From the sequence record SRR31156797_4117: DNA of 37,920 bases. One strand, 5' to 3'. A program made the translations under genes and the position numbers. The first letter of the stretch is position 1; each line of letters starts with the position of its first letter. The notes under the pieces are model-generated. The model did not search any database. It was not told where the DNA came from and saw only the letters and a list, made by a program, of their open reading frames with translations. This document shows, piece by piece, positions 9,644 to 18,940 of this stretch.

Positions 9644-11290
9644 ATGATGACAAAATATAAGAAATTAACATTTCCAGCACTTTTTTCGGAAACGGTAAAA
9701 AAATATGGAAATTGCAATGCGATGGCTTTAGTAGGTCAGGAACCATTGACCTATAATGAAGTCAATTCCAGTATACAGGCAATAATTGCATTTTACGAGA
9801 AGCTTGGAATAAAACCTGGCGATAAAATTGCCTTATTAAGTACCAACATGCCGAATTGGGGCATGGCGTATTATGCAACTACTTTTATGGGAGCAGTTGT
9901 TGTTCCTATGTTGCCTGATTTTAGTGCAGCTGAAATTGAAAATATCCTAAAACATTCTGAAGCCAAGGCGATATTTGTATCGAAAGGCTTGCTACCTAAA
10001 CTTAAGGAAATTAAATCCGATAGTCTTCAGTATAAGATTGCGGTTGAGAATTTTAGTTTTATTGATTCAAATGATACAGAACATACATTTCAATTGGGAG
10101 AAACACCATCTGACACGTATGAGGTCGATGAAGATGATATGGCTGCGATTATTTATACATCAGGAACTACAGGTAGTTCAAAAGGTGTAATGTTATCGCA
10201 CAAGAACATTTGTTTCAATGCAACGAGAGCTAAAAATATTCATCCAATCGATGAAACAGATCGATTTCTTTCCATTTTACCATTGTCTCATACCTATGAA
10301 AATACCTTAGGATATGTGATTCCAATGATTGCAGGATCTTGTATTTACTATTTGGGAAAAACTCCGGTTCCTTCCTTGTTGATTTCAGCATTTAAGGAAG
10401 TTAAACCAACCATAATGTTCTCGGTTCCTTTAATTATCGAGAAAATATATCAGGGGAAGGTATTACCATCCATTAATTCTAAGGCGATCACTAAGTTTTT
10501 GTATAAGATTCCTTTCTTTCGCAAGAAATTGAATTTGGTTGCTGGTAAAAAACTGATGCAGACATTTGGAGGAGAATTGACCTTTTTTGGAATTGGTGGA
10601 GCGAAATTAAGTTCGAAGGTAGAATTGTTTCTTCGAGAGGCTAAATTTCCATATGCAATTGGATATGGATTAACAGAAACAGCTCCTTTATTAGCAGGAA
10701 TAGGACCATCAAAAACTAAATATCAATCCACAGGTCCTGCACTGGATGGTGTGGAGGTGAAGATTAATGATCCTGATCCTAAGACTCAAATTGGTGAAGT
10801 TTGGGCTAAAGGTGATAATGTAATGATGGGTTATTATAAAGAGCCGGAAAAAACCAAGGAAGTTCTGACTGAAGATGGTTGGTTTAAGACAGGTGATTTG
10901 GCTAAAATGGATAAGGACAACTTCCTTTATATTGAAGGCAGATTAAAAAATATGATTGTTGGAGCCAGTGGTGAAAACATCTACCCGGAGGAGATTGAAT
11001 CAGTCATAAACAACTTTAAACATGTTGTAGAGTCGGTGGTTATTGAAAAGAAAGGTAAATTGGTTGCCATGGTTCATTTCAATTACGAAGAATTAGAGTT
11101 GCAATACAAACATATGAAAAAGGAAGTTGAAAACTATGTGGATCAAACGGTTGACGAATTAATGGCGGAACTTCAAGTATATGTTAACTCAAGAGTAAAC
11201 AAATTTTCTCAAGTACAAATGGTAGTTGCCCATGTTGATCCATTTCAGAAAACGGCAACACATAAAATAAAAAGGTTTTTGTATAATTAG
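9644..11290 (+). CDS. AMP-binding protein, long-chain fatty-acid--CoA ligase
   Basis: IIYTSGTTGSSKG, GYGLTE, GWFKTGDL, GENIYPEEIE. Confidence 0.9.
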   Translation: MMTKYKKLTFPALFSETVKKYGNCNAMALVGQEPLTYNEVNSSIQAIIAFYEKLGIKPGDKIALLSTNMPNWGMAYYATTFMGAVVVPMLPDFSAAEIENILKHSEAKAIFVSKGLLPKLKEIKSDSLQYKIAVENFSFIDSNDTEHTFQLGETPSDTYEVDEDDMAAIIYTSGTTGSSKGVMLSHKNICFNATRAKNIHPIDETDRFLSILPLSHTYENTLGYVIPMIAGSCIYYLGKTPVPSLLISAFKEVKPTIMFSVPLIIEKIYQGKVLPSINSKAITKFLYKIPFFRKKLNLVAGKKLMQTFGGELTFFGIGGAKLSSKVELFLREAKFPYAIGYGLTETAPLLAGIGPSKTKYQSTGPALDGVEVKINDPDPKTQIGEVWAKGDNVMMGYYKEPEKTKEVLTEDGWFKTGDLAKMDKDNFLYIEGRLKNMIVGASGENIYPEEIESVINNFKHVVESVVIEKKGKLVAMVHFNYEELELQYKHMKKEVENYVDQTVDELMAELQVYVNSRVNKFSQVQMVVAHVDPFQKTATHKIKRFLYN

Positions 11291-11315
11291 ATTGTATATA
11301 GAACTTAAGATATAT

Positions 11316-11349
11316 AAAGGGAGACAGCTTATGCTTGTTTCCCTTTTTT
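11316..11349 (+). terminator. Rho-independent terminator after the acyl-CoA ligase
   Basis: aaagggagaca...tgtttcccttt followed by a T-run. Confidence 0.75.
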
Positions 11350-11465
11350 ATGCAGGAAATTTATGTTTTTAGGCAGAATTGAAAAGTCAATTGTCTTTTA
11401 AGTTTCAGATATTCAGGCTTTGACTGTCTGGTCTAATTTTAAATTAGGATTCCCATTAATTCAGA

Positions 11466-11498
11466 CTTGCAAATCTCTAATTAAAAATCCTACATTTG
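11466..11498 (+). promoter_or_regulatory. Bacteroidota sigma70 promoter of the cob operon
   Basis: TACATTTG at 11491-11498 (TAnnTTTG) with TTG about 21 nt upstream, immediately before the riboswitch. Confidence 0.65.
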
Positions 11499-11507
11499 TT
11501 CTGTGAT

Positions 11508-11677
11508 TTGGCAATATCAGTTCGTTTGATCTGATATTAAAGAGGGAATCCGGTTAGAGTCCGGAACTGTACCCGCAGCTGTAATCTCCATACCAAACTC
11601 TACTGCATTATGCCACTGTATTTCATGGGAAATATGGGAAGGCGCAGCCAGAGGGAGAAAGTCAGAAGACCTGCCTG
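11508..11677 (+). ncRNA. Cobalamin (B12) riboswitch
   Basis: Hallmarks AAGAGGGAATCCGGT, GTCCGGAACTGTACCCGCAGCTGTAA, GCCACTG...GGGAAGGC and B12 box AAGTCAGAAGACCTGCC, upstream of cobalamin synthesis genes; ends approximate. Confidence 0.95.
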
Positions 11678-11723
11678 ATAACGAATATGTTTAATCGATA
11701 CTTTCGGGAATAAAGGTGAGATT

Positions 11724-11948
11724 ATGAGAAAAATTATTACTTCCATGCCTGCGGGGCGTGTTGATTTGAGTTCGCTAAAGCAGAACTTTATTCATACTAA
11801 AAAGAGAACCGGTGAAAAACTTTTCACATGGTTAAAGTCGATGCTAAGTCGAATATCCCCAATTCAATTTATTGAGAATGCTGAGGAATCTCTTCATGAG
11901 GAGAAAATGATTCCTGTTGTGGTATTTCACGATCGGTTCAATAGATAA
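11724..11948 (+). CDS. Possible small ORF between the riboswitch and cobA
   Basis: 74-aa ATG ORF starting about 47 nt after the B12 box; no recognised motif. Confidence 0.35.
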   Translation: MRKIITSMPAGRVDLSSLKQNFIHTKKRTGEKLFTWLKSMLSRISPIQFIENAEESLHEEKMIPVVVFHDRFNR

Positions 11949-12033
11949 AAATCTATTGAACCGATTGTCGTGTTCGCTAATAAGAAGAATTGAAAAATCA
12001 AACAATCGTTTGAATCCAGAAAATCCAGAAATC

Positions 12034-12810
12034 ATGATAGGTGTTAGAGGAAAAGTAAGCATTGTAGGTGCTGGTCCGGGTGATCCGGAATTGATAACCA
12101 TCAAAGCAGTTAAAGCAATCGAAAAGGCTGAAGTTGTTTTGTATGATTATTTGGTCAGCAAGGAATTGTTAGATTATTGTCAGAATGATTGTGAGATCAT
12201 ATATGTTGGTAAAAAGAACAGGCAGCACACATTTCCACAGGAAGAGATCAATAAAATGTTGATTGATTATGCATTGACCGGCAAGAAAATCGTACGCTTA
12301 AAAGGTGGTGATCCTTTTGTTTTTGGTCGTGGAGCCGAAGAGATCTTAGGTTTAAAAGAGCACGACATTGAATTTGAAGTAATTCCTGGAATTACCTCTG
12401 GTGTTGCTGTTCCTGGTGCGGCAGGCATTCCTGTAACTTTGCGAAATGTAGCTTCATCAGTTGCTTTCTTTACCGGTCATCAGTGTGCCAACCACAAAAC
12501 AGAAATTCAGTGGAATATGATTTCTACCGGAATTGATACTTTGGTTTTCTATATGGGTGTAACTCAGGCTCCAAAGATTATTAAGCAATTGATTGAGAAT
12601 GGCAAAGATGCCAATACACCTGTTGCTATGATTCGTTGGGGAACTCTTCCTCAGCAGGAAATATTAAAAGGAACTTTGTCAGATATAGTTGAGAAAATGG
12701 AAGAGCGTGGATTTAAACCACCTGCCATTTTCATTGTAGGCGAAGTTGTTGCCTATTCTGAGCAATTATCTCCATTGATCAATCAAATGAATGAAACTCA
12801 AACGGTATAG
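12034..12810 (+). CDS. cobA: Uroporphyrinogen-III C-methyltransferase
   Basis: VGAGPGDPELIT, YVGKK, VRLKGGDPFVFGRG, IPGITS; start at MIGVRGKV rather than 11917. Confidence 0.93.
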   Translation: MIGVRGKVSIVGAGPGDPELITIKAVKAIEKAEVVLYDYLVSKELLDYCQNDCEIIYVGKKNRQHTFPQEEINKMLIDYALTGKKIVRLKGGDPFVFGRGAEEILGLKEHDIEFEVIPGITSGVAVPGAAGIPVTLRNVASSVAFFTGHQCANHKTEIQWNMISTGIDTLVFYMGVTQAPKIIKQLIENGKDANTPVAMIRWGTLPQQEILKGTLSDIVEKMEERGFKPPAIFIVGEVVAYSEQLSPLINQMNETQTV

Positions 12811-12812
12811 CT

Positions 12813-13688
12813 ATGAGCAAAAAAGGTATTTTAATTTGCGGTCATGGAACTCGCAAGGAGAGAGGAGCCAAGGCTTTTCAAGAATTTGCAGAAAAATTTG
12901 CAGCAACAACTTCGGAATACGAAGTAGAATATGGGTTTTTGGAATTATCGGAACCTGATTTCGAAACTGGAGTGAAGCGTTTGGTTGAAAAAGGAGTTAA
13001 AGAGATTGTCGCTGTTCCTGTCTTTCTATTTACCGGAGTTCACATTCAAAGAGATATCCCCTATGCATTGAATAGTTTTCAGGAAAAATACAATGTAAAG
13101 ATTCAATTGGCGAATTACATTGGAACCTGTAATGAAATGGTTGAATATGGAGCTGAGTTGATCAACAACACTTTGAAAGATAAAGAGTGGAGGGCTGAAG
13201 ATACTGCCTTTCTTGCTTTGGGAATTGGAGCTTCGAAAGCTGAAGCAAATGGAGATTTAGCTAAAATGACTCGTTTGATTCAGGAGAAGCAAAATTATCC
13301 TTTTGCTGTAAATGCTTACACTAGCAGTATGACCTATCCGGCATTGCCACCAGTTTTAGATTGGTTGAAAGTATTGCCATTTAAGAATATTGTGATGCTT
13401 CCATTTGTATTTTTTCCTGGTGTCTACATGGACAGAGCTTATGAAACAATGGAAGTTTTTGCAAAAGAAAATCCAGATAAGAATATCGCTATCGCACCAC
13501 TTTTAGGTGATACAGATGGCTTATTTGATGTGTTAAAAACCAGATTGCAGGAAGTTTTAGATGGTAAGGTTGATTTAATTGAATCAACGGATTTAACTGG
13601 CGTAGAACCACATCATCACCATCATGGTCACGATCATGGTCATTGCCACGGGCACAGTCATAATCACGGACATCATCACCATCATTAA
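12813..13688 (+). CDS. cbiX: Sirohydrochlorin cobaltochelatase, two-domain CbiX with His-rich tail
   Basis: ICGHGTR, GFLELSEP, PVFLFTGVHIQRDIP; C-terminal poly-His. Confidence 0.88.
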   Translation: MSKKGILICGHGTRKERGAKAFQEFAEKFAATTSEYEVEYGFLELSEPDFETGVKRLVEKGVKEIVAVPVFLFTGVHIQRDIPYALNSFQEKYNVKIQLANYIGTCNEMVEYGAELINNTLKDKEWRAEDTAFLALGIGASKAEANGDLAKMTRLIQEKQNYPFAVNAYTSSMTYPALPPVLDWLKVLPFKNIVMLPFVFFPGVYMDRAYETMEVFAKENPDKNIAIAPLLGDTDGLFDVLKTRLQEVLDGKVDLIESTDLTGVEPHHHHHGHDHGHCHGHSHNHGHHHHH

Positions 13689-13703
13689 GATATAGAGAAG
13701 AAT

Positions 13704-14408
13704 ATGAGCGGAAAAGTATATGGAGTAGCTCTTGGTCCTGGAGATCCGGAATTGATTACCATTAAGGCACTGAAATGTTTGCAAAATATGGAGAAAATTT
13801 ATTTTCCAGCGACGCAAACACCTAAAGGAAATCAGGATAGTTTTTCTCTGGTGATTTTGAAACAATTGGAATTGGATGAAGCCAAATTTGTTCCTGTAAA
13901 TGTTCCAATGAGTAAGGACAGATCTCATGCTGAAAAGGTTTATGCTGGGCTTTATTTGCAAGTAGAGAAAGATGTGGCTGAGGGAAAACAGGTTGCAGTT
14001 GTAAGCGAGGGCGATATCTCATTTTTTAGCACCTTTTCGTATTTACTGGAAGATTTTCAGAAGAATGAAATTGATTTTGAGATGATTCCGGGCGTACCTG
14101 CATTTATCCTTGGAGGATCGGCTGGTCAATTGCCACTGGTTACTCAGAAAGATAAGCTTTTGGTTGCTCCTGATCTGGAAAACAAGGAGGAATTAGCATC
14201 GCTTTTGGATCAAAATCAAACGGTGGTTTTAATGAAAATTTCTAAGGTTCGTGATTGGATTAAAGAATTCATTGAAGAAAGCAAGTTGAACTTCTTTTAC
14301 GGGGAATATCTGGGAACAGAAAAACAGTTTACCTGTAAGGATATCGAAAGTTTACGGGAGAGAAGAATTCCATACTTTGCCATCATCATTTTTTACGGAA
14401 ATAAATAA
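13704..14408 (+). CDS. cbiL: Precorrin-2 C20-methyltransferase
   Basis: YGVALGPGDPELITIKA, EGDISFFSTF, IPGVPAF, TVVLMK. Confidence 0.9.
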   Translation: MSGKVYGVALGPGDPELITIKALKCLQNMEKIYFPATQTPKGNQDSFSLVILKQLELDEAKFVPVNVPMSKDRSHAEKVYAGLYLQVEKDVAEGKQVAVVSEGDISFFSTFSYLLEDFQKNEIDFEMIPGVPAFILGGSAGQLPLVTQKDKLLVAPDLENKEELASLLDQNQTVVLMKISKVRDWIKEFIEESKLNFFYGEYLGTEKQFTCKDIESLRERRIPYFAIIIFYGNK

Positions 14409-14414
14409 AATATC

Positions 14415-15818
14415 ATGCCAAATATATTAGGAAAAATTACAGTTGCAGGTTTAGGACCAGGAAGTCCTGAGATGTTTTTGAATCCTGCAATTGATGCAAT
14501 TAAAGAAGCCGATGTAGTTATCGGATACAAGTATTATTTTCAGTTTATCGAAAGTTTTTTAAAAGAAGGAACGGAATGCATGGATACTGGCATGAGACAG
14601 GAAGTGCAGCGTGCCGAAAAGGCTTTTGAACTGGCTGAACAAGGAAAAGATATTGTTGTGATTAGCTCTGGCGATGCGGGAATCTACGGTATGGCATCCT
14701 TGGTATTCGAAATGGCTGAGAAAACACAGTCGAAAGTAGAATTGAAAGTTGTACCGGGAATATCAGCTTTCCAGGCTGCGGCGGCTAAATTAGGTGCTCC
14801 TTTAAGTCATGACTTGGTGATTCTTTCACTATCAGATTTGTTGACAGATTATGCTTTGATTGAAAAAAGAATCAGGGCGGCATCTATGGGAGATTTTGTT
14901 ACGGCAATCTACAATCCTAAAAGCAAGAAAAGATATTGGCAACTGTATCGCCTTAGAGAATTGTTCTTGGAAGAGAGAGATGCAAATACTCCGGTAGCTA
15001 TTGTACGCCAGGTAGCTCGTGCTGAGGAGCAGATTACCTTAACCAACCTTCAGGATTTTGATCCGGAAATTGTAGACATGTTCTCCATTGTGATTGTTGG
15101 TAACTCTCAATCGTACATTTCAGGTGATAGATTTATAACGCCACGTGGATATTACAATAAAGAAGAGCAGAATGGCAGACCAGGTCCGCTTATTATGCAG
15201 GAAAGTTTCAGAACAATTGCTGCAGAGCTAAAAGGTATGGATTTACCTTTGGAAACCAAGTGGATGTTATTGCACTGCATTCACACATCAGCTGATTTTG
15301 AATTGGCGAAGATCTTAAAAGTACAGAACAATGCAGCTCCAAAGTTGAACGAATATTTACAAAAAGGTGGTGTAATCATTACTGATGTTACTATGGTTCA
15401 ATCAGGAATTCGTAAGAAAGCATGCGAAAGAATGGGCGTTCAGATCAAATGTTACTTGCACGATCCTAGAACAATGGAATTATCCGAAAAACATGGAATT
15501 ACTCGTACGCAAGCAGGAATTCGTTTAGCTGTAGAAGAACATCCTGATGCTTTGTATGTGTTTGGAAATGCACCAACTGCATTGATTGAATTAACGGATT
15601 TGATTCGTACAAAAGGGATTCAGCCTGCAGGTATCATTGCAGCTCCGGTAGGATTTGTAAACGTGAAAGAATCAAAGCACCGAGTGAAGAGCTTTACCGA
15701 ATTACCAGCGGTTATTATCGATGGACGTAAAGGAGGATCGACTCTGGCAGCAACCATTGTGAATGCCATTTTGAGTTTGGAAGATGCTTACGATCTAAAA
15801 CCAGGAAGAGATGTATAA
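14415..15818 (+). CDS. cbiH: Precorrin-3B C17-methyltransferase fused to precorrin-8X methylmutase (CbiH-CbiC)
   Basis: ISSGDAGIYGMA, LSLSDLLT, IYNPKS, ITPRGY; then FGNAPTAL, PVGFVNV, GRKGGS. Confidence 0.92.
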   Translation: MPNILGKITVAGLGPGSPEMFLNPAIDAIKEADVVIGYKYYFQFIESFLKEGTECMDTGMRQEVQRAEKAFELAEQGKDIVVISSGDAGIYGMASLVFEMAEKTQSKVELKVVPGISAFQAAAAKLGAPLSHDLVILSLSDLLTDYALIEKRIRAASMGDFVTAIYNPKSKKRYWQLYRLRELFLEERDANTPVAIVRQVARAEEQITLTNLQDFDPEIVDMFSIVIVGNSQSYISGDRFITPRGYYNKEEQNGRPGPLIMQESFRTIAAELKGMDLPLETKWMLLHCIHTSADFELAKILKVQNNAAPKLNEYLQKGGVIITDVTMVQSGIRKKACERMGVQIKCYLHDPRTMELSEKHGITRTQAGIRLAVEEHPDALYVFGNAPTALIELTDLIRTKGIQPAGIIAAPVGFVNVKESKHRVKSFTELPAVIIDGRKGGSTLAATIVNAILSLEDAYDLKPGRDV

Positions 15819-16998
15819 TTTCTACATCATTGGCATACCAGACAGAATGGAAGTGAGCCTTTCTCCTGAGGTGAAAGAGGTGCTGCAAACACAGCGCTAT
15901 TTCTCAGGAGGAAAGCGTCATCATGATTTGGTGATGAAATATCTTCCCGATAATGCGGAGTGGATTGATGTTGTGGTGCCATTGGAAGGAACCTTTCAAA
16001 AATACGAAAAGATAGAGGAGCCAATTGTGGTGATTGCATCTGGAGATCCATTGTTCTTTGGAATAGGGAACACCATCAAGCGTAGATTTCCTGAGGCAAA
16101 AATGAAGGTGTATTCTTACTTTAACAGCTTGCAGTTATTGGCTCATGAGTATCAGTTGCCTTATGGTGAAATGACAATCACTACTTTAACGGGTAGAGAT
16201 TGGGTGAACCTGGATCAGGAATTGATTCATGGTAAGAAAACCATTGGAGTGTTAACTGATAAAAAGAAAACTCCATCTACCATTGCAGCCAGAATGTTGG
16301 ATGCAGGATTGGACAATTACAGGATGATTGTAGGTTCAAAATTGGGTGGAGAAGAGCAATCTTGTTTTGAGATTTCCTTGAGAGATGCCGTCGGCAAAGA
16401 GTTCGCTCATCCTAATTGTTTGATTTTGATTCAGGAAAAACCGATTAAAAGAACATTAGGGATTCACGAGAAGGATTTTCACATACTGGATGGTCGCCCA
16501 AAGATGATTACTAAGCGCAGTATTCGTTTGAATTCCATTTCATTTTTGGAATTGGATGAGGCGAAACATTTGTGGGATGTAGGGTATTGTACTGGTTCAG
16601 TATCTATCGAAGCCAAACAATTTGCACCTTGGCTAAAGGTAACAGCCTTTGAGCGAAGAGAGGAGTCAAAAGAACTTTTAAAATTAAATCAACGAAAGTT
16701 TGCTGTACCCGGAATAGCGGGAATACACGATGACTTTTTCAATATAGATTTATCATCAATTAAGAGACCTGATCGCATTTTTATTGGTGGTCATGGAGGT
16801 AGATTGAATGAAATGATGCATCGCTTGCATGCAGTATTGGAAGATGATGGAATTATTGTTTTCAATACGGTAAGCGAAGCAACCAAGCAGGATTTCTTGA
16901 AAGCAGCTAATGAACTGCAAATGGAAATCTCTGATCAAATGAGTATTCAGCAGGACGATCACAACCCGATTGTGATTTTTCAGGCGAAAAAAAATTAA
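15811..16998 (+). CDS. cbiET: Bifunctional precorrin-6Y C5,15-methyltransferase (decarboxylating)
   Basis: ASGDPLFFGIG; MITKRSIR; LWDVGYCTGSVSIE; FIGGHGG; overlaps the cbiH stop. Confidence 0.9.
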   Translation: MYNFYIIGIPDRMEVSLSPEVKEVLQTQRYFSGGKRHHDLVMKYLPDNAEWIDVVVPLEGTFQKYEKIEEPIVVIASGDPLFFGIGNTIKRRFPEAKMKVYSYFNSLQLLAHEYQLPYGEMTITTLTGRDWVNLDQELIHGKKTIGVLTDKKKTPSTIAARMLDAGLDNYRMIVGSKLGGEEQSCFEISLRDAVGKEFAHPNCLILIQEKPIKRTLGIHEKDFHILDGRPKMITKRSIRLNSISFLELDEAKHLWDVGYCTGSVSIEAKQFAPWLKVTAFERREESKELLKLNQRKFAVPGIAGIHDDFFNIDLSSIKRPDRIFIGGHGGRLNEMMHRLHAVLEDDGIIVFNTVSEATKQDFLKAANELQMEISDQMSIQQDDHNPIVIFQAKKN

Positions 16999-17039
16999 CC
17001 ACGAAGGACAATAAAGAAATAGCTAAAAGCTAAAAAAAT

Positions 17040-18872
17040 ATGAGCAACACATTTATCATTATCAATAACCGATTTGCCATGGCAACGGCAGAGCGGATAG
17101 TAGCAAAAATGGAAGGCAGTTCAATTGTTTCTGTTGCAGGGTATGCTGGTAGCCTTAAAATAAACTCCATTCAATTATTTTTACAAAAGGAGTTTCAGAA
17201 TAGTGATTTGCTGATTTTTATTGGCGCAATGGGTATTTGTGTAAGAAGTATTGCTCCCTTTATAAAGGATAAGGCAAGCGATCCGGCAGTAATTAATCTG
17301 GATGTGAAAGGTAAATTCGTACAATCGGTTTTATCAGGTCATAAAGGTGGTGCGAATGAATACACCAAGCAAATTGCAGAGATTGTAAACGGAACTGCAA
17401 TTATTACAACAGCAAGCGATACTTTAAATTTGTGGTCTTTAGATATTATCGGAAGAGAATACGATTGGACCAATGAATATCAAAATGCAAAGGAGAATGA
17501 TTTTATTTCAGCTTTTGTCAATCAGAAAAAAACAGCTCTTTTATTGGATGTGAAAAATGAAGGAACTGAAGAATTGAAAGCTTCTTGCCCTGATTTTGTT
17601 GAGGTATTCTATCAATTTGAGGATATCAAACAAGAAGAGTTTAGATTGTTAATTGCTGTAAGTCCGGGGCTTTATAAAACTAAAATCCCAACATTGTTTT
17701 TCCGACCTAAGTGCATTGTGGTAGGAACAGGAGCACAAAAAGGAATCTTATTGAATGCTTTTGATGCTGAATTACAAAATCAATTTAAAGCCAATCACTT
17801 ATCATTTGCCTCTCTTAAAAGTATCAACAGTATTGATGTTAAGGTAGAGGAAGAAGCTTATAAGATATTTAGCGAAGCTATGAATCTATCATTCAATACT
17901 TACACAGCTGAAGAGTTGAATGAGAAGGAGGAAGAGGTTTCCTACTCAGAGGCAGCGCATCGTGAGCTGGGAGCTGTAAATGTATCTGAGGCATCGGCAT
18001 TGGTAGCCAGTGGATCGAATAAGTTATTACAAACCAAAAGTAAGCATGTTGATTCCAATGGGAAGCATTTTACCTTGGCATTGGCAATGGATGCAACACA
18101 GGAGAGAAAAGGTGAGATTTTTATTGTAGGAGCTGGACCTGGTGCGCCTGATTTGGTATCGGTTCGAGGACAGAAATTGTTGAAAAGAGCAGATCTGATT
18201 CTTTATGCTGGAAGTTTGGTGCCAAAGGAATTGACAGATTATGGAAAGGCTTCTTGTGTGATTCGCAATTCGGCTGACTTGACTTTGGAAGAGCAGTTTG
18301 ATGTGATGAAGAAGCACTACGATGAAGGTGGTTTGGTTGTACGTTTACATACTGGAGATCCTTGTATTTATGGAGCTATTCAGGAGCAAATGAATTTCTT
18401 CGATCAGCACGAAATGGAGTATGAAATTGTTCCGGGAATTTCATCATTTCAGGCTGCAGCGGCAAGATTGAAATCTCAATTTACTATTCCTGAAAAAGTA
18501 CAGTCGATCATCTTAACTCGAGGAGAGGGAAGAACCCCAATGCCTCCAAGAGAGCAATTGGCAGAATTTGCCAAATTCCAATCTACCATTTGTCTGTTCT
18601 TGAGCGTGACTTTGGTAGAGAAATTACAGAAAGATTTATTGGAAGGATATCCGGAAGATACTCCGGTTGCGATTTGTCACAAACTAACCTGGAAAGAGGA
18701 AAAAATTTGGAGAGGCGAATTGAAGGATTTGGTGAAGATTGTGAAAGAAAACAAGCTATCCTTAACTGTGATGATTGTAGTTGGTGAAGCAATCGGTAAC
18801 CGAAAAAACAGATCACTTTTATATCATCCTAAATTTACACACGGATGCAGAGTCGCTTCAGAAAAAGAATAA
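17040..18872 (+). CDS. cbiF: CbiG (cobalt-precorrin-5A hydrolase) fused to precorrin-4 C11-methyltransferase (CbiF/CobM)
   Basis: GAMGICVRSIAP..DPAV..LSGHKGGAN (CbiG); VGAGPGAPDL, YAGSLVP, RLHTGDPCIYGAIQEQ (CbiF). Confidence 0.92.
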   Translation: MSNTFIIINNRFAMATAERIVAKMEGSSIVSVAGYAGSLKINSIQLFLQKEFQNSDLLIFIGAMGICVRSIAPFIKDKASDPAVINLDVKGKFVQSVLSGHKGGANEYTKQIAEIVNGTAIITTASDTLNLWSLDIIGREYDWTNEYQNAKENDFISAFVNQKKTALLLDVKNEGTEELKASCPDFVEVFYQFEDIKQEEFRLLIAVSPGLYKTKIPTLFFRPKCIVVGTGAQKGILLNAFDAELQNQFKANHLSFASLKSINSIDVKVEEEAYKIFSEAMNLSFNTYTAEELNEKEEEVSYSEAAHRELGAVNVSEASALVASGSNKLLQTKSKHVDSNGKHFTLALAMDATQERKGEIFIVGAGPGAPDLVSVRGQKLLKRADLILYAGSLVPKELTDYGKASCVIRNSADLTLEEQFDVMKKHYDEGGLVVRLHTGDPCIYGAIQEQMNFFDQHEMEYEIVPGISSFQAAAARLKSQFTIPEKVQSIILTRGEGRTPMPPREQLAEFAKFQSTICLFLSVTLVEKLQKDLLEGYPEDTPVAICHKLTWKEEKIWRGELKDLVKIVKENKLSLTVMIVVGEAIGNRKNRSLLYHPKFTHGCRVASEKE

Positions 18873-18895
18873 TTACGAATTAGAAATTACGTATT

Positions 18896-18926
18896 GACCT
18901 GACAGGTTTTAAAAACCTGTCAGGTC
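18896..18926. repeat. Perfect 15-bp inverted repeat (REP-like palindrome)
   Basis: gacctgacaggtttt-a-aaaacctgtcaggtc inside the operon, between cbiF and cbiJ-D. Confidence 0.8.
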
Positions 18927-18940
18927 TGATGGATAAATAA

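Noticed and set aside
11917-12033. Extended GTG start for cobA
   Set aside because: Homology to CobA begins at MIGVRGKV (12034); the extension overlaps the 74-aa ORF
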